From Phoronis australis (Eukaryota; Animalia; Phoronida): DNA of 64,000 nt. This document shows, piece after piece, positions 38,767 to 51,300 of this stretch. Position numbers and translations under genes: made by a program. Positions within the stretch are counted from its first letter, which is position 1, and each line of letters opens with the position of its first letter. The DNA is taken from contig NMRA01000010.1 of assembly GCA_002633005.1 (NCBI GenBank), forward strand, positions 361,280 to 425,279. Direction: 5' to 3'. Below the pieces are notes generated by a model. That model was not told the origin of the DNA. It was given only the letters and a program-made list of their open reading frames with translations, and ran no database searches.

Positions 38767-38901
38767 CTATTTACTGAACGAAACGCGCTCCTTTTGTACT
38801 TTGAACATAGGACTCTTATTAATCTTCTTCTCGTACTTGGCCCAGATCTTCTCTTCAGTCTTACCTTGACCTTGACATGTTGCTAGATAATGGGAGAGTA
38901 C
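38767..38901 (-). CDS. LYAR: LYAR terminal coding exon
   Basis: cacag|VLSHYLATCQGQGKTEEKIWAKYEKKINKSPMFKVQKERVSFSK*. Confidence 0.9.
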   Translation of the reverse strand, partial: VLSHYLATCQGQGKTEEKIWAKYEKKINKSPMFKVQKERVSFSK

Positions 38902-39357
38902 CTGTGATGGAAGACGGACTGTGAGAGAACACCACGCGCAGACAAGTAGCTATGGATGAAACACCACATCACATGGTAACCGCCACCGCTTCTGGTCTAT
39001 TTCCAGTCAATGGATATTTGAAGACACAGAGAGTTTCCGTGTCCCAATTTCTAAAGACTGTCCCAAATTGGAGAATTTTTAATTTGCTACCTTTTTACTT
39101 CATCTCTAGCCAAGAGTTGTTTGGGCAAATCAGATGGTCCTGATGTATTGAATTTTCTTAGAGTATAATATCACATCTTCCAAAGCAATCAATATTTTCA
39201 GAAGTATAGTGACAAAGAATTGTTATGCCAGGTCGCCCTCCTCCGTATCAAGAGTACTTCTCAAATTATTCTCCCTTATGGGCGATTTCCAAACATCAAT
39301 TCACGGTGAGAAATTTCAAAAGCAAACGTCACCCGTAAAATCACTCTACTCGGGGTA

Positions 39358-39640
39358 CAATTTGAAAAGAGATGGTCAAAGGCAGTGACAAACTTAAAAT
39401 GTTCATAATCACGATTAATCCTAAATCGATAACACAATAGCTTCTCACATAGTTGAAAAGTTACAACATCCTTTACTTAATATAATGTCGGTCAAATTTC
39501 ACTTATTTCATCTCAAAAGTTCGAAGCTAAGTGCACGGCAAACACGTTGATATGGTTACAGAGAACTTGGGTTGTGACGAACATTATAGAAATATCCAGG
39601 GACATGCTTATCACTGCCTTTGACCATCTCTTTTCAATTT
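39358..39640. repeat. ~30-bp inverted repeat pair (MITE-like) in the last LYAR intron
   Basis: TTGAAAAGAGATGGTCAAAGGCAGTGA ... TCACTGCCTTTGACCATCTCTTTTCAA. Confidence 0.6.
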
Positions 39641-40339
39641 AAAACAAAAATAATTGTCAAAATAACAATTTTTCAATTTTTAAAACAGTACCAATGTTAC
39701 CAAAATTTTGTTTTCTGGAAGCAAATCATACATGTGAGTAAGTAAAGTCATTCTAAGAGTTAAGTTTTGAATTATTTTTATTGAGAAATTTGACATTGAA
39801 CTAAATTTCTACATGCCCGATAAAATATGTCCAGAATTAGAAAGAATTCCCATCAAACAGCACACTTCCGTTCACACTTGAGTGTTGCTTCAAACAAGAC
39901 AAGTTCCCTAGAAGATGTGTCGCATTAAAACCGTGAATACTTAAATTTGTAACAAGCGCTACCCAGTGGTTTCCTGGAAAACTGTGTGTATATTACAATC
40001 AAGAAAAAAAAATTGTAAGTAAATTGCAGTTTTAAAGAAAACACTACAACTGAACATATAATAGCTCTAGTAATTCCAAACATTATGCTATCTTTATTTC
40101 CAAAATAAACGAATAATAAAAACTGTGCCTTGTTTCTTTAGGGAAATGATGAAATATTTCCATACTCATTTACATAAAAATAGTCTCGAAAAATGAGATT
40201 TTAGTGAGATTGCAATGGTAACTGGTTCTTGGATAGTTTCCAGCACACTGGACGACTCGGAGTTGTTTGTAAATCAGTTACTTCTTTTTCATATTGATTT
40301 CACAAATTAACGAGACTATGCATCTTTATCATACAGTAC

Positions 40340-40485
40340 CTTTTTCCGTACTTTTTTCAATGCCATTTCCCCACCAGCCGACCGGAGTATTGCACACACC
40401 ACTTGTTCCCAATCAAACTTTTTACTAGTTTTCTTCTCTGTGCAATCGTTATCCAAAGTTTCATTGAGTCGGCAAATGGTTACGT
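40340..40485 (-). CDS. LYAR: LYAR exon (start of C-terminal domain)
   Basis: (D)VTICRLNETLDNDCTEKKTSKKFDWEQVVCAILRSAGGEMALKKVRKK, matching LYAR KFNWK..I..IL....E..IKKLRKK. Confidence 0.9.
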
Positions 40486-41865
40486 CTGTAATCAAACAAC
40501 TTACAGTGACTGTAATATTTCACCGTACAACATGAAAATAAACAAAAAAAATTTGCTATCACAACAAATTTACAAGTTCTACTAAATGCATATTCAGAGG
40601 CCCAGAAATCTACTTCAAGTTAGAGGCTATGTAAAACAACAAAACACCTGTACAGAACTCCATTCAAGACATAACAAAGTCTTGGACAGCAAGTGTTCCA
40701 GTTGTGTAGGACCTTAACCACATGTCATTTGGTCAAATACCTACAAAACTAAAAGAAATTAAGTCAGTAAAATTAGGGTATTTTCTGAGAGTAGAATGCC
40801 TGTACACGTTGACTTTTCTTTATATCAGGCTGTCATTAATTGGGTCAAGCCAACGACCATTTCTTTTTACTAAAATTAAGCAAAAAGACATATACAAGTT
40901 CATAAAAAACAGCAGTATTGATAACATGTTCAAACTTCATTCGATATAATTGTTCAAGATTAAATTAGGGGGCATGGCGTCAGACAAATCACAACCATCC
41001 ATTAAGGAGTTTTGGAGGCACAGCAGTGGATGTCAGAGAGATGCACAGACATAGAGAATAGTCTTAGATTTATGACATGGGCAAAACCTCTTGGATTTTG
41101 ACAACATTTCCAAGAGGTTTTGCCCATATCATGAATGTGAGACTAGTGTAGCACTTGCTTTCTTACATGAACCATAAAAACAATCTTTTTTGCTGAAAAT
41201 CTCGACGTGTCTTAAACTTTCAACCACACAACGCAACTTTTATAAAAACAAGCTTGCACAATCTAAAGTAATCATATACTTTTTGTTAATACGTTTATTT
41301 TAAGCTTGTAAATTGCATTCAACTTTCGTAGCAAACATTCAAGTTAGAACCTAATAAATAGTCTTTGAAGTTGTAATATTAAAACTTTAAAATATTTATA
41401 AATAGCAGTCAGCAATTCTTCCCCATGCGTAAGCACTGAATTGACCTTGAGACAGCAGTTAGACAGTTTTGCCGAGTTGAAGCTCGTCTTCATTTGAATG
41501 AACGTGGATATGCCTCAGATGGGTCCATTTAAGTTGTCTGCATGTCCTTCCTACTGGAAGTACATACAGTTGCAACACCCAATTTGTCAATCATAGCCTT
41601 GTCACCTTCTCGGAATTCTGGCATTGTGTGGTTGTTGCGCGTTTGGTTTAGTTTTGCAGACGATAAATGTAAGGCGTATGGATTTCTACTTTGCACTACT
41701 TTGTGACTCGCTCATGCAATATCAAAAAAAATTACGTACTCGGTGTTATTAACCAATCGTGTCGTAACACATTCCACATCAAGTGAGAAATGACAGTATA
41801 ATGTGCACACACACGCAAATATATAAACTACCTATAACTTTGTATTTAGTTGCAAAAATGAGTAC

Positions 41866-42129
41866 CCTTATCATCTGCCAACTTCTTTTTCTTGGCATCT
41901 GTTCCGTTACTGCAGCCCACACCATTTGTGCCACCGTCCTCACTTTCAGCTCTTTTACGCTTTTTTTTCTTTGATTTGCCAAAACAGTCTGCATTAAGGG
42001 CCTCTGGTTGCACACTTTCATCTTCTTTGCTGGTTGCCACGACAACTGTATTCGCTTTATCTTTTTTCTCCAGTTTCTTAGACTTTCGCTGTCTTTCTTC
42101 TTTTCGCTCTCGTTTATTTTTTATTGTTT
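41866..42129 (-). other. LYAR: Second copy of the LYAR Lys/Glu-rich exon, probably an allelic haplotype duplicated by the assembly
   Basis: Near-identical to 43468-43731, inside the 41222-42819 / 42821-44411 duplication joined by a single N at 42820. Confidence 0.7.
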
Positions 42130-43467
42130 CTGCAGTAAAAAAAAGTAATTTAACAGAAGATGAACTTTAAGAATACACTGTCAAAGTAGTAAGTGTTTGT
42201 ACAGTCAGCAATGTCATAGAAAATGCAAATGTTAGTTAAAAGTTTTCCAGACTACCGAAAAAAGTAATGGCGTATTTCTGTGGACTGAAATTTCTCTAAA
42301 TATTTTCTCTCAGTTTAGTAAAATAGAAACTTAAAGCTTGGGTAATTAAATTACATAGTTCGGAATTTTGGTTGTTCAAAATTCAAAATCAAATGCAGCA
42401 AATTTTGGGCCTGCAATGGGGGCTTAAACTCATGACCTCAAGGTAGTGAGTTTCACACTCCACCAGTAAGTGTGCACTTCACCTACTGCACAGTTTCTAT
42501 AGTACAGCTAACACATCTGACATCAACAGCAGTCAGAAGCGTTAAAAGCACGGTAAAAATACATTTCCATGCAACCTTTTAATGATAAGAGTTATAAATC
42601 ACAATACAAGACAATAATTAGAACAAAGTGAAGTTTGCAATCTGAAACTCATCCACCAACTTCTTTCATTTGAGTTGAAAGTTGGCAATTTTTGCCGTTC
42701 GAAACTGCATAGTTGGCAGAGAGTAAGTCCGATCAGAAGCCATGCTGCAAGTACTAACTGGCCAATGAAATGCCATCAACAGTGTCACACCATAAGTCAT
42801 GTGATTGGAAGAGAGCAGANAACCACACAACGCAACTTTTATAAAAATAAGCTTGCGCAATCTAAAGTAATCACTTACTTTTTGTTAATACGTTTATTTT
42901 AAGCTTGTAAATTGCATTCAGCTTTCGTAGCAAACATTCAAGTTAGAACCTAATAAATAGTCTTTGAAGTTGTAATATTAAAACTTTAAAATATTTATAA
43001 ATAGCAGTCAGCAATTCTTCCCCACGCGTAAGCACTGAATTGACCTTGAGACAGCAGTTAGACAGTCTTGCTGTGTTGAAGCTCGTCTTCATTTGAATGA
43101 ACGTGGATATGCCTCAGATGGGTCCGTTTAAATTGTCTGCATGTCCTTCCTACTGGAAGTACATACAGTTGCAACACCCAATTTGTCAATCATAGCCTTG
43201 TCACCTTCTCGGAATTCTGGCATTGTTTGGTTGGTGCGCGTTTGGTTGTTTTAGTTTTGCAGACAATAAATGTGAGGCGTATGGATTTCTACTTAGCACT
43301 ACTTTGTGACTCGCCCATGCAATATCAAAAAAATTACGTACTTGGTGTTATTAACCAATCGTGTCATAACACATTCCACACCAAGTGAGAAATGACAGTA
43401 TAATGTGCACACACACCCAAATATATAAACTACCTATAACTTTTTATTTAGTTGCAAAAATGAGTAC

Positions 43468-43731
43468 CCTTATCATCTGCCAACTTCTTTTTCTTGGCAT
43501 CTGTTCCATTACTGCAGCCCAGACCATTTGTGCCACCGTCCTCACTTTCAGCTCTTTTACGCTTTTTTTTCTTTGATTTGCCAAAACAGTCTGCATTAAG
43601 GGCCTCTGGTTGCACATTTTCATCTTCTTTGCTGGTTGCCACGACAACTGTATTCGCTTTATCTTTTTTCTCCAGTTTCTTAGACTTTCGCTGTCTTTCT
43701 TCTTTTCGCTCTCGTTTATTTTTTATTGTTT
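43468..43731 (-). CDS. LYAR: LYAR Lys/Glu-rich exon
   Basis: ctgcag|(E)TIKNKRERKEERQRKSKKLEKKDK...KKKKLADDK|gtactc; KNKRERKEERQ motif. Confidence 0.88.
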
Positions 43732-44559
43732 CTGCAGTAAAAAAAAGTAATTTAACAGAAGATGAACTTTAAGAATACATTGTCAAAGTAGTAAGTGTTT
43801 GTACAGTCAGCAATGTCATAGAAAATGTAAATGTTAGCTTGAAATTAAAAGTTTTCCAAGCAATGACTACCGATAAAAGTAATGGCGTATTTCTGTGGAC
43901 TGAAATTTCTCTAATTATTTTCTCTCAGTTTAGTAAAAGAGAAACTTAAAGCTTGGGTAATTAAATTACATAGTTCGGAATTTTGGTTGTTCAAAATTCA
44001 AAATCAAATCCAGCAAATTTTGGGCCTGCAATGGGGGCTTAAACTCATGACCTCAAGGTAGTGAGTTTCACACTCCACCAGCATAAGTGTGCACTTCACC
44101 TACTGCACAGTTTCTTTAGAACAGCTAACACACCTGACATCAACAGCTGTCAGAAGCGTTAAAAGCACGGTAAAGATATATTCCATACAACTTTTTAATG
44201 ATAAGAGTTATAAACCACAATACAAGACGATAATTAGAACAAAGTGAAGTTTGCAATCTGAAACTCATCCACCAACTTCTTTCATTTGAGTTGAAAGTTG
44301 GCAAGTTTTGCTGTTCAAAACTGCATAGTTGGCAGAGAGTAAGTCCGATCAGAAGTCATGCAGCAAGTACTAACTGGCCAATCATAAGTTATGTGATTGG
44401 CAGACAGCAGATTAGATGCATGATTAATATAACAAAATGACAGATCATGGGTCTGATGATTGTTCACATATTATTTTTCAAGACAACAGACTGAGAATCC
44501 AACCTGACTTCTGATCAAATTGCATGTGAATGCTGAGAAAGTTAAAAGTTAAAACATAC

Positions 44560-44638
44560 CAGAACAGTTCTCTTTTTTACCATCACTGTCGTCTGATGGC
44601 TCTTTTGCGTCCCTGTTAAGAGCATTCGTAGACGTTTC
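44560..44638 (-). CDS. LYAR: LYAR exon (low-complexity linker)
   Basis: ttttag|ETSTNALNRDAKEPSDDSDGKKENCS|gtatgt; phase 0-1 bridges the neighbouring exons. Confidence 0.75.
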
Positions 44639-44884
44639 CTAAAATAAGTACCATGCACAAGATTTGAACTTATGAAGAATACATAAAATGAGTGTCATCA
44701 ACACAATGCATGTCACACAGACGACCGCCTGGTCAATGTGTTGACAGGCGATCCTACCTGTTTACTCATATTTATGATGAACTGGCTGGTTGACCCATAT
44801 CCCACAGTCCTGAGGATGTGACAGCCCAGACAGTCTATCAAGATGTTACTCGAGCAGTTCACAATGTCTTCACATGCACCTTAC

Positions 44885-44983
44885 CTTTTCAGCTGCCATT
44901 TTCTGGGAAGCAGCCTCCATTACATTCCAAACCTCAGAGACAAGGCTTCTGTCATGGATTTTTAAACTGTTTCTCACAAAATT
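44885..44983 (-). CDS. LYAR: LYAR exon
   Basis: atttcag|NFVRNSLKIHDRSLVSEVWNVMEAASQKMAAEK|gtaa. Confidence 0.9.
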
Positions 44984-45461
44984 CTGAAATAATCGAGGTG
45001 CATTAAGTATTTCATTTCCAAAAGAGAGCATTCAGCAGTGGTTTTCACTGCTGGATATGAGGATATATGAGTACAACTTGCATTCTACCAAAGCAGCAGC
45101 AACAAGATGACCTCTGTTTGCAAATATGAAGCTTGGCTGCTGACATCGCAGACTAAGTGAGTTTTCACAATTTCACCAATGAGGATATAGCAACGCCTGT
45201 GCAGATTTTGTCAAAATTTAGTCAGAAATGAAACAGATTCTACCCAAAAATAAAAAGGAAGCATTTTTATCAAAAGCCACAAACTTAATGGGGGAACTCC
45301 AGGTTCATTTTGTAGAATTAATGCCACCAGGCAACAACCAACAAAAGTGCATACACGCAGGTAGTCATGTAAAACCATTGGCCCACCGATGCCTAGTAAC
45401 CAAGCCATCCGTTGTTGATGGAACACTTCGCATTTAAAACAAATGCCAGCAACAACCTCAC

Positions 45462-45569
45462 CTCGAATTTGGCCTTTTTCCTTGGAATGTTACTGTACGA
45501 CATTAGAGTACTCAGAATGTCTTGCAGTTTTTTGTTGCCTTTACAGTTTTGTATAGCCTGTTGCACTTG
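45462..45569 (-). CDS. LYAR: LYAR exon
   Basis: QVQQAIQNCKGNKKLQDILSTLMSYSNIPRKKAKFE; N.PRKKAKF motif. Confidence 0.93.
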
Positions 45570-46122
45570 CTGAAACGGGAAGTAAAATAAATGCAGTGGT
45601 GCATTGCATTGATACAAATATGGAGGTACCAAGGCTCAGTTGCATGAAACAGTCCCAACAGGGACTCAACAATGGGCATTTACAGAATTTGTTTTACTGA
45701 ACGAATTTATGTCTTTCCATCACTTTATCTTTATTGTGATCTCTTTCACCTGACATTTTCTAAATATAATTGAAAACTGAACCTTTATTTCAATGAAAAT
45801 AATAAAGGTTAAGTACTTAACTGGAGCTTGGCATTGTGGGTAAATATCAGACTTAGAGAGGGTGCCTTGGGTAATCTTAGTATGTCAGTTGTAATTGGCC
45901 AGAGTGCAGGCAAATGCAAAAAAGTGGACATTAGAAAGACATGGCAATGTCAGCCTGTATGCAGAAGACATAAATAGGAAATTAATATATGACAATCTGA
46001 AGTCAGGAAAGACAAGGAAGACACAGACAAACTATATGTATCCAGAAGAAGACATTAATAGGAACATGTATGACAATGTCAACCTGAAGCCAGGAGAGAC
46101 AAGGAAGACATAAACAAACTAC

Positions 46123-46243
46123 CTGTATCCATAACTCCTGCTTGATCTCTCCCTTGTTAGCTCCAGGTTTGGGTGTATAGTTTTTTCCGCCATATTTCTG
46201 ATCTTCACTGATACACTTGACATGCTCTTTATAAGAATCACCC
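46123..46243 (-). CDS. LYAR: LYAR exon
   Basis: GDSYKEHVKCISEDQKYGGKNYTPKPGANKGEIKQELWIQ; AG/GT sites, phases 2-0. Confidence 0.95.
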
Positions 46244-47326
46244 CTAGAAACAAGGCAAGAAAAAGTGGCAAATTCAAAGCACGGTGTATTCACTCTACGC
46301 AATGGAACACTTCACTAAATAATGAACGTACCTTTATGAAGTTCTACACAGGAATTATAATCCATGTCCTACAACATAACATGAATGCGGAGTGCGATTG
46401 AATTTTCATTTAATTACAATGTTTCAATGATGTTAATATAGACATACTGACAACCATTTTTTAAAAAATTGCCCTTGAGGATCTTTCAATTTTCAATGGT
46501 ACATGCCATTCATATCTGAGCAGAGCAAACACTGCACTAGACAGAAGCCACTATAACTTGGTTCTCTTCCACACCGTTTTCATTTTTTACAACATTGCAT
46601 GGGATTTCTGGGGCATGACTTTTTATATTCAAGGAACAATTTGTCTCAAATCAGCACGCATATTCAATAATTTTTGCAGAGAACTGTTGCCAAGCATAAC
46701 TGAATGCATGAATTTGTGAATGTTTGAATATACAAACTGAAGGTTCATTTTCGTTTATTTCATTGACGAAACGGACTTAGTTCATGCTATAATTTTGATT
46801 ACGGTTTTACGCGTCATAGCCAAGAGTGCAGATTAAAATTTCATGGCCACACAGTTCAACTGGTTTGCAGTTTATGAAGACGGTCAAATTAAGTGCAATG
46901 TCTCATTGGTTCGTCACGGAAACCAAGTTGAAAAAGAAACACAGAATACACTAAAATACACCCTGGTTAAAATTCTGGGCCCAGGGCCTAATCTCTGAAC
47001 TCAAAATCAAACTTGATATCATTTTCGACAGATGCCTTTCCACTTTACTATGAACTCGTGTCTACTACTTTGTGCTTGGGTGTCTAATTCTGATTTACAC
47101 TTCATGGCTCTGGCACTAAACATATGAGCTTGGGCCTGAACTCGATATCCCGAATTTGAAGTTTGAACTTGTCGATGTTGTAACAAACCTAAGGTTCGTG
47201 AATTGAAGAACAAACTTGAACTAGTATTCGGAGTAGTAGACAACTTGAGTTAGAACTGCAGCAGAACGGAAAGCCATGATAACAATTTTGAGTTTGAGTT
47301 TGGAGGATAGACAATGAAGGTCATAC

Positions 47327-47451
47327 CAAAACTCCTTGCCACAATCGACACAGGACAACATGTCACACTGACGACATTTGGTCGTGTAATGTTTCTCCAC
47401 TTGATTTTTCTTAAGTGACTCCCCGCAAGCGTTACAACAGAAGAACACCAT
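47327..47451 (-). CDS. LYAR: LYAR cell growth-regulating nucleolar protein, first coding exon
   Basis: ATG at 47451; MVFFCCNACGESLKKNQVEKHYTTKCRQCDMLSCVDCGKEF(W), LYAR-type C2HC zinc fingers; donor gtatga. Confidence 0.95.
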
Positions 47452-47839
47452 GATGAACAATCTGCAAAAGAGGGCACCACAGTGAACAGCATACTTCTTG
47501 GGAAGACAAGTGCCAAACCGAAAATTTGTGTTTAAGATATATTCCGACTTGGATAACTGGACAAAGGACTGCTCAAAAAAGGTTGATTATGGGAGTATTT
47601 GTTTGAGTTGGAAGGAATTAAATACATCGACGGCCTCCTAAGGTGTCCCTCAGCGTGCAAAAGGTAATTACAAAAGCGTGACTTTTGATGTTTTAATCAG
47701 CGGGAGGCATAGTCCCCCGAAATGCTCCCAGCATGAAGCGCCTGTAGGAGCTTTATCGTCTTTAGTTGGTCACGGTCTAGCCTAGTTATGTTTCAACTAA
47801 ATCTGTTGTATATTTCATTCGATGTTGTTTGTTTTATTT

Positions 47840-48365
47840 TGTTGTGAAAATGCTTCCGGTGAATCATATATGAGCCTCTGTTAGCCACTCGTTAACAGGC
47901 AATTGCCTATTTGGTGAATGGTTAGCACGCTCGCCAGTTAAATCGGGGTCCCTGGTTAGATTCCCGAGGTCGGGTAATCTGGGAAATTGGCCTCAGACAG
48001 CACGCTTGATGGTGACCTAGACAAGGAGTCAAGGACAATAATGCGAGACAATCGTGGGGTTCATCTGTCAGGCGGCTATCCTGGTCAGATAAAAATCCAA
48101 GAGTAAAATCTTGTGACGTAGTCCAGGAGTAAAATCCTGTGATGAACACAGGAGTAGAATTCTGTGTTCACCTGGCAGATGGCTTGTTCATAGGAAAGGG
48201 GGGAATGTTGTGAAAGTGCTTCCAGTGAATCATATATGAGCCTCTGTTAGTCACTCACTATGGGCAATTTCCTATTGGCTGAATGGTTAGCACGCTCACT
48301 GGTTAAATCGGGGTCGCTGGTTCGATTCCCGAGGTCGGGTAATCTCGGCTATTAGTATTACGACA
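47840..48365 (+). mobile_element. Miniature non-autonomous LTR retrotransposon (TRIM) with tRNA-like cassette in each LTR
   Basis: Direct repeats 47840-~47986 and 48206-48365 (TGTTGT...ACGACA); polypurine tract AGGAAAGGGGGGAA just before the 3' LTR; TGG after the 5' LTR; flanks TATTT/AATTT; box A TGGCTGAATGG and box B GGTTCGATTCC inside the LTR. Confidence 0.75.
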
Positions 48366-51300
48366 AATTTGAGATGAGTAACTTTTACGGGTGTTTACTA
48401 TCTCCTCTGTATGTCTGTGACATAGACGGCGATGTAACTGCCCAAACTGATGTCTGCCCTGGTATTCTCTTATAAATATACTTCTTGTATTGATTCCAAA
48501 AAACTATAAAAATGAAAGTGGCGAAAACTACGAATCTCCGGCAAGACGAAAGTGAGACCAGGGCAAAAAATACAAATACTGTGCGAAAACTCTCTTACAC
48601 TCGATCAGTCTACCTTAAGTGAGAGAAAGGTGAAGAAAGACAAATATCGGGAGAAATCTTACACTCGATCAGCCTAGCTTGATTCACGCGTACCAACTGG
48701 GGGCAGCCATATGCAATTTCGTAAAAGCACGCGTGAGTTTAGGTAGGCACCAGCGCCGTCTGCTGAGAACTATCGACAGTCAAATCAGAGACCGAAAACG
48801 TCTTCGGTCAAATCAGAAGACACTCTCAATATGATAAAGGACACTCTACGGTCACTGGTCAAACCAATACTGTCTCGCCGAACTTGGCGTGATGCCGGAA
48901 ACTGCGTATAGGTAGTATTGGTCGCCGTGTCCTTATCAGTGAGAACACGTTTATTCTTTCGATCACTGATACTGAAATACACTCTTGCAATTTCGTTGTT
49001 GCCAGAAACGAATCCCGAGGTTACGCCTCAATGCGCTCAAACGAGCGTAAGGAGTTTGCCTAGTGAGGCATCCTACCGGGCGGTTGGGTCAAATCATCAG
49101 CGTAAATCTTCATGCGAGGCGAGTTATTATGGTTTTGCCGATTTTTTCAGTACCCAATGACACTTTAGGCGATGGGCCACGGCTCGAGTTTTGTAGGTCT
49201 TCTAGAAAATGCTTTTTGTGAGTACTTTAAAAGGGCAATTTTATTTTTGGTGTCTTTTGATTCAGTTACTAGGAGTGTTTACAAAATGTAAAAAATTCCT
49301 GCATATAAATTAAGTTGAACATTTTTGAGAATTTTGAGTTTAAATTACGTAATAGTAACCAAAGAGCTTAATGTGTTAAAACAACACTTTTCTTACTTTT
49401 TGGTAAAACAAGTAATCAGGTCTCATCAATATTATTGTATTTAGAAATAATACACTCACATTACATATTTCACTTCAGTAGCCGAATTGCAAACAATTAA
49501 ATAATTAGCACTGCACCAGCTACCAACAAGTCCAACTTTCATTAGTCTGAGAACGCATTGCTCGCCTGTCGCGTTGGTTTAAAATTTTTTATGTTTGATC
49601 TAGTCATGGGGACATAGAATATTCTGTTTACAAAAAAGCAACGAATTTATTTTAAAGATAATTATTCTGTATCACCGCGTCGCCACCTGTGCTATTTTAC
49701 TGATACTTATCTATTTGGCAGACGATGCCGCCATTGCCCTTAATAAAGAGCGTACTGGCGGTCAAAACGTGGGGAATGTATTAATATATTTTAGTACCGA
49801 CGCTCGTCGTATTTCTTATACTATTTTATTCTTATCGGTCGGTAACTGCACGACATTCCAGCATCTATTTTATGTATTTAAAAGCAATTTTTAAGGCTGT
49901 TAATAAATGCAATACAGATGACAGCAGTGCGTGGACTTTTATGATATATTATATGAAATTGCACGGTTAATCCTAAGATTTTACACACGTCATGCATTGA
50001 TGTGAAGACACAAGTATTCAAAATGACATAGACTGTCCATTTAGGTTATATAAAGCTCTAAAAATGCGTAAAAGAAACTTTAGAACGTCGTAGTCTCAGA
50101 AATGGCCGATCGGATACCGATATGAATGCTACGTTTTATGCACGATATTATATAATTGTCTTTTTTATTGAAATGTACCACGTTTGCATGAGGGAATTTA
50201 GAAATTGTATAACTTAAATGATTTTTATGGAAACCAGGCGAAAATTGCATAAAGCAGAAAGGAAATGGTGCTTTTAGAAATCACAGCGTTTTTTTTTTTT
50301 AGGTTTCATACACAGAACTCTAAAATAATTAAGCTATAAGTTCTATAATATTGAAGTTTTGGCGTTTTTCTTGAAACCGTGGTTATCCTATGAAAGTACC
50401 TTTCTTTTGAGCTTAAGACATGGTCACGTGACTCAACACTAAATTGCATCGTGTTGGTATATAAAGTTGTCCCGACCGTAAATTCCGAAGGTTTCTCCCT
50501 TCAGAGAATACATACCTCATTTCAGGGTTGAATGCCATACTTTTGTACATAGTTGACTGAAATGCACAGACGTGTCTTACAACCCTGATATTTTTTTCAC
50601 AACAGACTGTCACTAATTACTCCAAGTGTACACAACCGAAATGGCAGGTGAAGAATTACGTCAACCATGGTTACTTTGTTACACTAGTAATACCTAAAGC
50701 TGCATGCCGCCCGTCGATCGCTGCGCTGTCAATGTTAATTCAACAGAAGCGCTTTGGCGTTTAAAATCTTGTGAATAACCACGATCGTCCGATTATTATT
50801 GCCCAACGAGCACAGGTCACAGACAAGGCCTACGCGCCATTTCGAATTTTGCAAATTTAGGGTTGGACAATATAAATAGCTGAAGCGTTTTCTTGAGCTG
50901 CAGACGGTCTCGATGTTCTCGCTAGTAAAGAATCTCATCATGGTAAGGAATACAGAGAGACCGATTTTTCGAGACTAATTAAATGCCCAATTCGAATTTC
51001 GGTTTTTAGCCAGCTAAACAGCCGAAATGTAGCTTTATCTAAAATATGATGAAATCCAACAGCTTCAATAACTAGTCACAGAGGGAAGTTAAAACTTCGT
51101 TCTTTGACTGATCGAGACCCTCGGGTACTTTCGTTATGGCTTGGCACAAGACCTGGGAGTAATAGCGGTCGAAGTACAGTAGGCCTACTCTGTCGGCGAC
51201 AGACACGAGAAAAGTTGTGAAATGGCAGACAAATTGCCCTTTGACCCAACCTGGGTTCACGTAGTCACCACGAAAGCTGTGAGTGTCCCTACACTTAGAA

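Noticed and set aside
41222-44411. Tandem duplication of a symmetric 264-nt LYAR exon (would be in frame)
   Set aside because: The junction is a single N at 42820, and intron and exon are equally near-identical; treated as haplotype duplication unless long reads show otherwise
45935-46122. Short tandem duplication next to a LYAR donor site
   Set aside because: The duplicated donor lacks the GT; an ordinary local intronic duplication
48270-48342. Functional tRNA gene
   Set aside because: Box A/B are present but acceptor and anticodon stems do not pair well, and it is embedded in the LTR of a miniature retroelement
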